NCBI GenBank assembly: GCA_016868375.1 | Contig: VGHA01000004.1 | Location: forward strand, 10,081-74,080 | Direction of reading: 5' to 3' | Source: Betaproteobacteria bacterium | GTDB taxonomy: Bacteria > Pseudomonadota > Gammaproteobacteria > Burkholderiales > Burkholderiaceae_E | Length of the DNA stretch: 64,000 nt | In this document: piece by piece, positions 18,237-25,526 of the stretch | Numbering within the stretch: the first letter of the stretch is position 1 | How the letters are laid out: each line of letters begins with the position of its first letter | Program-made: the position numbers and the translations under genes | The notes under the pieces: model-generated | What the model was told of the DNA's origin: nothing | The model's input: only the letters and a program-made list of their open reading frames with translations | The model's database searches: none

Positions 18237-20258
18237 TCAGGCGCGGCTTGAGGGCTCGAACGGCAGGGCGTTGTCGAGCCAGTCATCGGACTTCAAAACG
18301 CCTCGACGACGCGAGAAGGCGTCGGCTTCCGCGCGTCGCTGTGACATTCGGATGAGCGCCCGCACCCACAGCGCGCGAAGCGGCAACCGCAGGCGTGCGG
18401 CTGTCGCAATCAGCGCCCGCGATGGGCGAGACACAAATCGCTTGATGAGGCCGTCCTCGGCGCTTACGAAAATCGATACGCTGCCGGGATCGCCCTGACG
18501 GCCGCATCGCCCGGCCAGCTGCCGATCGATACGTCCCGATTCATTGGCTTCGGCGATGATCACGTGCAGCCCACCTGCAGCCGGTACACCATCGCCCAGC
18601 CGAATATCGGTGCCGCGGCCCGCCATGTTGGTGGCGATGGTGATGCGCCCAGGCTCGCCTGCACGCGCGATGATGCGAGCCTCTTCAGCGTGCCTGACCG
18701 CATTGAGCAGCTCAAAGGGCAGACCGCGCGCGCCCAGCAGCGACGCCAGCGTTTCGCTTGACTCGACACTGCGTACGCCCACCAGCACCGGTTGGCCGCG
18801 CTCATGCAGCGAAACGATTTGCGCGACGACCGCCTGCCATTTGCGCCCCGCGGATTCAAACATCCGCGGCGCAGCCGTTCGGGTCAGCCGTGGCCGGTGG
18901 GTGGGAATAGGCACCACGCCCAGCTTGTAGATGCGCCAAAACTCGGCGGCGGCCTCGCGTGCAGTTCCAGTCGTTCCGGCAAGCCGGGGCATGCGCCTGA
19001 AGAATGACTGAAAGCTCATCTGGCCGAGCGATTCATTGGGGTCAGTCACATCGACCCCCTCGCGCGCCTCGATCGCCTGATGCAGGCCCGCGGTGAGCGT
19101 TCGGCCAGGCGTCATCCGCCCGGTGAACTCATCGAGCAGCACCACTTTGCCCTCGTCGACCAGGTACTGGTGGCCGCGCAGGATGAAGTGCCGCACGGTG
19201 AGGGCCTGGCGCAGAAGTTCTTCGCGACGCGGCTCGGCACGCCAGACAAGGCCCAGCTCGGCCGCGCGCGCAGTGAGCGCAGTGCGTGCGCCCTCGCGCA
19301 GCAACACGGTACGCTGGCGGCTGAGCAACTCGTAGTCGCGCCCCTCGACCATCTGATCGGCGATGGTCGCCACCAGCCTCGCTGCATCGGCGAGCCCAAG
19401 ATCGCTTCTTGGTGCCGACAGAATCAGCGGCGTGACAGCCTCATCGACCAGCACATTGTCAGCCTCGTCAACGATCACTGAATAGAGGCCCCGCACCTGG
19501 ATCTGCGGGGCCTGTGTATCAGGAGGCACCGTGCCGAGCCAGCGCCTGAGCGAAAGCCGCTGCGGATCGTGTCCGGCGCGCGCGGCAAGCTGATCGCGAA
19601 GGAAGTCAGCGAGCATCTCTTTTGCAGTGAGGTAGACCACATCGGCGCCGTAGCGCACGATTCGCTCCTCGGGCTTGTCGGTGGACACCACCGAGGCCAC
19701 CGAGACGCCGCATCGCTGGTAAAGCGGCGACATTTCCTGCGCATCACGCGCAGCCAGGTAGTCGTTGGACGTGACCAGATGGCAGGGCTCACCGCTCCAG
19801 GCGGCCAGCACCGCGCCAAGCGACGCCGTGAGCGTTTTTCCTTCGCCTGTGGCCATTTCAGCGAGCCAGCCACGATGAAGCGCGAGCGCACCCATGAACT
19901 GCACCGGATATGGCCGCATGCCAAGCGATCGGTAGGACGCCTCGCCGATTGACGCCAGCGCCTCGATCAGCCTGCCGCCGGCCTCGATCGGGTCCCGTCG
20001 TACCGCTTCGCGAAGCATGATCAGCTGGTCGGCAAACGCGGCGTCATCCAGCACGGAAAATTGCGCGCAGGCCTTCGCCACGCGCGCTGAGGCTCGCCGG
20101 AGTTTGACCGCATGGTGCCCGCGGCGCTTCACCCAGCCGTGTGTGGCGTGCGCAAACGCGTCGGCGCCCTCGGGAAGTTTGGGCGCGAGCGGCAGCGGCG
20201 GCGGCACAAAGCCGGCCGGAACACCGGTGCGGGGCAAGAGTGCGGCAGCGGCATCCAT
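18237..20258 (-). CDS. SecA-like ATPase (NBD1-PPXD-NBD2 motor) lacking most of the C-terminal translocation domains
   Basis: 673-aa ORF with SecA motifs: MATGEGKTLTA (19833-19856), VIVDEADNVLVDEAVTPLIL, VLLDEFTGRMTPGRTLTAGLHQAIEAREGV, AGTTGTA, TNMAGRGTDIRLG and GGLHVIIAEANESGRIDRQLAGRCGRQGDPGS. The protein ends about 70 aa after the last motif. Confidence 0.85.
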   Translation of the reverse strand: MDAAAALLPRTGVPAGFVPPPLPLAPKLPEGADAFAHATHGWVKRRGHHAVKLRRASARVAKACAQFSVLDDAAFADQLIMLREAVRRDPIEAGGRLIEALASIGEASYRSLGMRPYPVQFMGALALHRGWLAEMATGEGKTLTASLGAVLAAWSGEPCHLVTSNDYLAARDAQEMSPLYQRCGVSVASVVSTDKPEERIVRYGADVVYLTAKEMLADFLRDQLAARAGHDPQRLSLRRWLGTVPPDTQAPQIQVRGLYSVIVDEADNVLVDEAVTPLILSAPRSDLGLADAARLVATIADQMVEGRDYELLSRQRTVLLREGARTALTARAAELGLVWRAEPRREELLRQALTVRHFILRGHQYLVDEGKVVLLDEFTGRMTPGRTLTAGLHQAIEAREGVDVTDPNESLGQMSFQSFFRRMPRLAGTTGTAREAAAEFWRIYKLGVVPIPTHRPRLTRTAAPRMFESAGRKWQAVVAQIVSLHERGQPVLVGVRSVESSETLASLLGARGLPFELLNAVRHAEEARIIARAGEPGRITIATNMAGRGTDIRLGDGVPAAGGLHVIIAEANESGRIDRQLAGRCGRQGDPGSVSIFVSAEDGLIKRFVSRPSRALIATAARLRLPLRALWVRALIRMSQRRAEADAFSRRRGVLKSDDWLDNALPFEPSSRA

Positions 20259-20261
20259 GGG

Positions 20262-22433
20262 CTACACCCGGAACCTGCGCTGCAGAAACTGGCGAACGCC
20301 GCGCTCCCACTGCAACAGCAGCGGCGCGTCATCGAGCGTGAGGCGGATGGTGCCAAGCCGGCCATGCGCCAGGCCCAGCCCACCCCCCAGCGCCTCAAGC
20401 GGCAGCAGCGCCTGAATGCGGAAGAACGGTTCGGCGGCGGTGAGCCCATTTTGATCGGATGCGCTTACCGCGATGTCGCCGCCGCCTGCGAAGCCGAGCG
20501 CCCGCGAGGGCAGCGTGCCGGTTTCAAACGGAACGATCCTGGCCTCGGGCGCCACGATGTTGAGATGCTCCTGACCACGTAGCCGCAATTCAACCTGATG
20601 CACCCGGTTATCGAACAGGTGGGTGGCCACCTGCGGCAGCACGGCAACGAACCGCCAGCCATTGGGGTCGACGATGGCACCCAATGGCGAGCCGCGCGCC
20701 ACCCAGCGCCCCAGCCCGGTGTCGAGATCGGGCGCACTCCAGATGCCGTCGATCGGCGCGGTGACCAGCAGCGCCGCGCGCTGTCGCTCGAGCTCAGCAA
20801 TGACCGATTCAACCGCCACACGCTGGTGACGCAGCGGCATCAGGTCGGCCACTGACAAGGACGTTGCGCGCAGCTCCTGCGCAAGCAGCTGTTCGCGCTG
20901 CAGAAGCGCCGCGCGAAGATCAAACAGCAGATCGGGGCTTTCCAGGCGCATCAGCGGCTCACCCTGCCGAACGCTGGCACCGGGCAGCGCCATCAGCTCC
21001 ACCAGAAAGCCTGGCGACTCTGAATTGAGCTGCCGATAAGCGCTGGCCTCCAGCACACCCGAAGCGCGGATGCGATCGGGCATCGGCACCATGGAAAGGG
21101 GAACGATGACCACCGCCGCCACGGCCAGCGCGAGCCCGACCGTGCGCGCCCGGTAGTGGTGCAGGCGCGGACTCGTCGACAGAAACTTCAAAAATTTCCA
21201 GAGCGGCACCACCACCACGGTAAAGCCCAGTATCCAGGCAAGCGCCACCCCCAGATCGAGGTATTCGCCTGCAATGAAAAACACGATGGTGGCCATCAGC
21301 ATCAGCCAGTAGACGATGCTGGTCACGCCGTAAATCGGCAGCAGCCACGCTTCGGTCAAGGTGCGTGCCGCCGGTTTGGCGTTGGGCAGAAACAGCAGGA
21401 ACCGCTCGCCCAGATAGCGCAGCTGCTCGCGCGATCGCTGAAACAGATTAGGCACATCCAGAAAATCGACCAGCATGTGATAGCCGTCGAAGCGCAGCAG
21501 CGGATTCAGGTTAAAGAGCAGCGAGGACACGCTGGCCACGAAAATCACGTTGTAGGCAATGGCATTGACGGCGCCCGGCGCGGTATTGGCCCACAGCAGC
21601 GCCGCGACAGCCGCCACACCCAGTTCTGCGATCACGCCCGCGGCACCCGTCAGCAGCCGTTCGGCCCGGCTTCTGAAGCCCCAGCTGGAGGTGGCATCCA
21701 CATAGGGCATGGGTGCAAAGATGAGCAGCATCACGCCCATCTTATGAACCTCACCGCCATAACGCTTGCACACCGCCGCATGGCCAAATTCGTGGACCAC
21801 CTTGGCAATGATGAAGCCGACATACAGGAGCGGCAGATTGCCCGGGGCAAGCAGGCCCGCGCTCTGGCCAAACAGTGTGTCGGCCGAATCGATCAGCGCC
21901 TTGCCGGCCAACGCGAGCAGCGCCAGATACAGCACCGCGCCGATGGGACCAAACAGGAACCGGATCAGCGGCATGGCCGCCTGGAGCATGCGGTCGGGGT
22001 CGATCAAGGGAATCTTGATCGCCAGAAAACCCATCAGGAGCGCCTTGGTTTCCTGGCGGCGCCGCTTGCGATAGCGCTCAAAGAGGCTCGCACCCGCGCT
22101 GGAGCGGTCGAAGTTCAGCAGATTCGACAGATTGAGCTGCCCCAGAAGCTGCACCACTTCTTCCTGGGTGAGCGCCGTATCGGGGTCAGCTTCGAGCGTG
22201 AGCATCCAAGCCTCTTCAATGGTGCGCTCAAGCGACAATCGGCTGACAAAGGCCCACGCCTCGCCGCTGACACGAAACCAATCGGACGACAAGGTGTCGC
22301 GCAGCATCACCCAGGTGTCGCCACGGAAGGTTTGCCGGTGCGCGCGAACGCTTGAGCGAAGCTCAACCCGCACCTTGGCGACACGGTGCCAGGAGTCGCT
22401 GAACGTTCGAGAGGCTGGATCGTCAAAGCTCAT
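20262..22433 (-). CDS. Fusion protein: N-terminal PqqD/RRE-like domain, polytopic M50 (site-2 protease-like) metalloprotease, and C-terminal HlyD-type periplasmic adaptor domain
   Basis: 723-aa ORF with HEFGH at 21780-21794 and NLNPLLRFDG at 21483-21512. Several hydrophobic helices surround them. The C-terminal 250 aa have a coiled-coil plus barrel-sandwich style (RLESPDLLFDLRAALLQREQLLAQEL...LLVTAPIDGIW). Confidence 0.8.
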   Translation of the reverse strand: MSFDDPASRTFSDSWHRVAKVRVELRSSVRAHRQTFRGDTWVMLRDTLSSDWFRVSGEAWAFVSRLSLERTIEEAWMLTLEADPDTALTQEEVVQLLGQLNLSNLLNFDRSSAGASLFERYRKRRRQETKALLMGFLAIKIPLIDPDRMLQAAMPLIRFLFGPIGAVLYLALLALAGKALIDSADTLFGQSAGLLAPGNLPLLYVGFIIAKVVHEFGHAAVCKRYGGEVHKMGVMLLIFAPMPYVDATSSWGFRSRAERLLTGAAGVIAELGVAAVAALLWANTAPGAVNAIAYNVIFVASVSSLLFNLNPLLRFDGYHMLVDFLDVPNLFQRSREQLRYLGERFLLFLPNAKPAARTLTEAWLLPIYGVTSIVYWLMLMATIVFFIAGEYLDLGVALAWILGFTVVVVPLWKFLKFLSTSPRLHHYRARTVGLALAVAAVVIVPLSMVPMPDRIRASGVLEASAYRQLNSESPGFLVELMALPGASVRQGEPLMRLESPDLLFDLRAALLQREQLLAQELRATSLSVADLMPLRHQRVAVESVIAELERQRAALLVTAPIDGIWSAPDLDTGLGRWVARGSPLGAIVDPNGWRFVAVLPQVATHLFDNRVHQVELRLRGQEHLNIVAPEARIVPFETGTLPSRALGFAGGGDIAVSASDQNGLTAAEPFFRIQALLPLEALGGGLGLAHGRLGTIRLTLDDAPLLLQWERGVRQFLQRRFRV

Positions 22434-22443
22434 GATGCCGCGC

Positions 22444-24390
22444 TCAAATCCAGAAAACCTGCCTTAGATACCGAATGGTGCGATAGGTGAGCAGCCAGAT
22501 GATGCTGCGCTCGCCCGCCTCAAGTCGTGCGCTGCCGCCCATGCCGGGTCGCCACCACGGCTGAAACTCGGCCTCGATGCGGGCACGCGCCAGATACACA
22601 TTGCGTCCCTCACGCATGGTGGAAGCGGGATCGATCCGTTCGACCACCAGGGGATAGCGAAGATCGGGTCGGCCAACGAATGAGAACTGGCCACGCATGC
22701 CGATGGCGATTTCATGCACGTCGGCCTGATCGACTTCAAGCTCGACGTAGGTGTCACCCGTGTGGGCGAGCTTGACCAGCAGATCGCCTTTCCGAACAGG
22801 CGCGCCCAAGTTCTTTTTCAGCTCGCCCTCGACCACCACGCCAGTGAAGGGCGCCCGAAGCTGCGCATGAGCGAGCTGATGACGCGTGAGCTCGAGCTTG
22901 GAGGCAGCCTGCTGCTGGCGCGCCAGCGCGATCTGCATATCGGCAAGCTGGCGCGCAGCCTGGGCTTTTTCGGCCTCACGCGCGTACCGAACCGCGTCCG
23001 CCGCTGCCATGGCCTCTTCGAGGATCAGTTCGCGCGTGTCAAGTTCGACCAGCAGCGCGCCGGTTCGCACCGCATCGCCCACTTCAATGTAGGCATTGCG
23101 CAGGTAGCCATCAAACGGCGCGGGAATGAACAGGATGTCCTTGCTGCGAAGCGCGACCGGCGTACTGATTCGGTAGGGCCAGGGCAGCACCGCCAGCAGC
23201 GTGATCAGCACCGCCGTCCCAACCCCCACCAGTTTCCAGGCGGTATAGCTTGGCCCAAGCAGCAGGTCGCGCCATGCGACGAGCCGGGCAAACGCTCGCG
23301 CGCCAATCCAGCGGTCGGTGTCGTGCAGCACCACGAGCTGCCGGGCGCTGGACTCGCCAATGAGGCGCAGCTCCCAGGTTTCGCCAGGCTCGAACGCCCG
23401 GGCCCGACGTTCCAGGGTGAGCACCGCGACCGCGACATTGTCGACTCGCAGCGGCACCGACAGCAGATGCCCCGAGCCCTGCGTGCGTGAATAGGTTTCA
23501 TGCGCGCGGCCCACGATCCGGGCATCGGGCGCTATCGGCCAGGCAAGTTCGATGTTCTGGTCGAGCGCCTCTTCCATGGCAGATTCAAGCTCGCGCGAGG
23601 CGTTGGCGCGGCGATCAAACTTTTCAACATGACTGACCGCGGTCAGCCGTACATAGCGGCTGCGCACCCAGCCCAGCGACACCCGGTCGCACTGAAAACG
23701 CACGGCAAGCTCATTGGCGAGCGTGAGCGCGGCGCGCATGAAACGGGTTTCAGCGCCCAGACGAATCGATAGCTGCAGCACGTCATACAGACGCTCTGCG
23801 CCGGTGGCCTGGGGCGAGCCCGCTTGCGCGGCCTGCTGCGACGCGGATTGCGCAACCAGCGCACGAAAACGCGCGTATTGAGCGGGAATTGACCCGGCCA
23901 GATCGGCGAGTGCGATCAGCGTTGCCGCATCCGAGGCGGCAGCGCCTGCAATCGGCGCCTGCGGCAGGATCACGATGACGGCGGTCTGCCCGGCCTGCAC
24001 CGTATCGGCTGCCAGGCGCGTCGAGATGGCGGGCGCGTTGCCGCCGGGCCGAGCCGCTGCCGCGCCCGAGGGCGGTGCTATGGCGGCATCGCCCAGGCCT
24101 GGCTCGAGATAAGGCGACTCGTCGGCCGCGCCATCTGCGAGCCTCAGGATTCGAAGCGCATCGCCCGTCTGGTCGGGTGCACCCTGTGGCCACTGCGCCT
24201 GCGGCTGCCATCCCCGCTCATCATCGCGGGCAAGAAGCAGCACCCGACGCGCGACAAACGCGAGCGCCACGGCCTCGAGGTAGGCGGGCCAGAAGGCCTG
24301 CGCATCACCCGTAAACGATGCAAGCTCAGCGAGCCTCGCCGAACCCCGACGGACGTCGGCACCTTGCCGGGCGAGGAGCTCTGCGTGCAT
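22444..24390 (-). CDS. GAF-domain / single-TM / HlyD-family membrane fusion protein
   Basis: 648-aa ORF with a cytoplasmic GAF-like region (LANELAVRFQCDRVSLGWV...HLLSVPLRVDNVAVAVLTLER) and a TM helix (WKLVGVGTAVLITLLAVLPWPY). The rest is an HlyD hairpin and beta-barrel region (FDGYLRNAYIEVGDAVRTGALLVELD...LRAPFTGVVV). Confidence 0.8.
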   Translation of the reverse strand: MHAELLARQGADVRRGSARLAELASFTGDAQAFWPAYLEAVALAFVARRVLLLARDDERGWQPQAQWPQGAPDQTGDALRILRLADGAADESPYLEPGLGDAAIAPPSGAAAARPGGNAPAISTRLAADTVQAGQTAVIVILPQAPIAGAAASDAATLIALADLAGSIPAQYARFRALVAQSASQQAAQAGSPQATGAERLYDVLQLSIRLGAETRFMRAALTLANELAVRFQCDRVSLGWVRSRYVRLTAVSHVEKFDRRANASRELESAMEEALDQNIELAWPIAPDARIVGRAHETYSRTQGSGHLLSVPLRVDNVAVAVLTLERRARAFEPGETWELRLIGESSARQLVVLHDTDRWIGARAFARLVAWRDLLLGPSYTAWKLVGVGTAVLITLLAVLPWPYRISTPVALRSKDILFIPAPFDGYLRNAYIEVGDAVRTGALLVELDTRELILEEAMAAADAVRYAREAEKAQAARQLADMQIALARQQQAASKLELTRHQLAHAQLRAPFTGVVVEGELKKNLGAPVRKGDLLVKLAHTGDTYVELEVDQADVHEIAIGMRGQFSFVGRPDLRYPLVVERIDPASTMREGRNVYLARARIEAEFQPWWRPGMGGSARLEAGERSIIWLLTYRTIRYLRQVFWI

Positions 24391-25526
24391 CAGCGTCTGG
24401 CCCGGTTCGCTGGCGGCGTCGCGCCTGGCGAGGACACCGAGGTGGCGGTAATGCGGCCGGCCGTTCCGGGCCGAATCGATCCGTCGGCGTTGTCGAATTC
24501 AGCAATCACATCCACCAGTCCGCTGGCCGGATCAGCGACCGGCGATACAAACACCAGCTGCGCGAGCCGGGTTAAGGGCTCCGCATCAGATCCGAGCTGC
24601 AGCATCACCGAGCTGCCGGCGCGCACCCGGGCAGCGTCTGCGATCGGCACGGTGCCGCTGAAGCGCGCCGTGCGCACATCAACGACCACCATGACCGGTT
24701 CGTGGGGCGCGACGCTTTCACCGATGCGCGAGACGATTCGCGTGACCACGCCATCGATTGGCGAGCGCAGGTGCCGCCGCTCGTAGGCCTCGCGCGCCAG
24801 ATCGAGTTCAACGCGCTCGCGCCGCTTGGCAAACTCAATCGACTTGCGCTCGGCGATGATGGTGCCCAGCGCGAGCTCTTCATCTTCAACCTGTTTGCGC
24901 GACACGCCGCCGGTGGTCAGAAGCGATTTCGCCGAACGCACCTGTTCAGTCAGGGTGAGCTCTTTGGCGCGCAGCTCTTCAAGCCGGGCGTTGTCCTCGA
25001 GCATGACCTCGCGGCGCCGAACCTCGAGCGACTCAAGGGTTCGGTCCATGTGAAGGAGCAGGTCGCCCTTGCGCACCCGATCGCCTTCCTTCACGAACAG
25101 CGCTTCGATGCGGCCAGCGGCGGTCACGCTCAGCTTAAGGTCATGGATGGCCTGCGTGATGCCGGCGGCCGGCGTCACGGCGCCTGACGCGGCTGCAGGC
25201 CTCGCGGCACTGGCGCCTGCGGTCGCAGCCGAATCCGCTGTCGCGCCGGTACCGGAAGCGGCGGCCGGCTGCGCTGCGGGAACCGCAAACGAGGGGGCTG
25301 CAGGCTCGGGGATCCTGGGCAGGTCAGCGCGGCCGGACGCGGGAAGCGACTGCACCGGCCCGCGTTGCGCGCCGGCAGCGGGCACATTGAGCGCGGGCGA
25401 CGCGGCAGGGGACGCGTCAGACGCCCAACCCGGCGTCGCAGCCGCCACCAGCGTGAGGGACAGGACGAGCCCTGCCACGCAACGCGCCCCGGCGAAGTGC
25501 TTCTGGCACTGCATCAGCCACGCCAT
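24390..25526 (-). CDS. HlyD/RND-type periplasmic adaptor (membrane fusion protein) with signal peptide
   Basis: 378-aa ORF with an N-terminal signal-like segment and an Ala/Pro-rich linker. It has a lipoyl-like motif (IEALFVKEGDRVRKGDLLLHMD), a coiled coil, and LRSPIDGVVTRI. Both ends have ATGA overlaps with neighbouring genes. Confidence 0.8.
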   Translation of the reverse strand: MAWLMQCQKHFAGARCVAGLVLSLTLVAAATPGWASDASPAASPALNVPAAGAQRGPVQSLPASGRADLPRIPEPAAPSFAVPAAQPAAASGTGATADSAATAGASAARPAAASGAVTPAAGITQAIHDLKLSVTAAGRIEALFVKEGDRVRKGDLLLHMDRTLESLEVRRREVMLEDNARLEELRAKELTLTEQVRSAKSLLTTGGVSRKQVEDEELALGTIIAERKSIEFAKRRERVELDLAREAYERRHLRSPIDGVVTRIVSRIGESVAPHEPVMVVVDVRTARFSGTVPIADAARVRAGSSVMLQLGSDAEPLTRLAQLVFVSPVADPASGLVDVIAEFDNADGSIRPGTAGRITATSVSSPGATPPANRARR

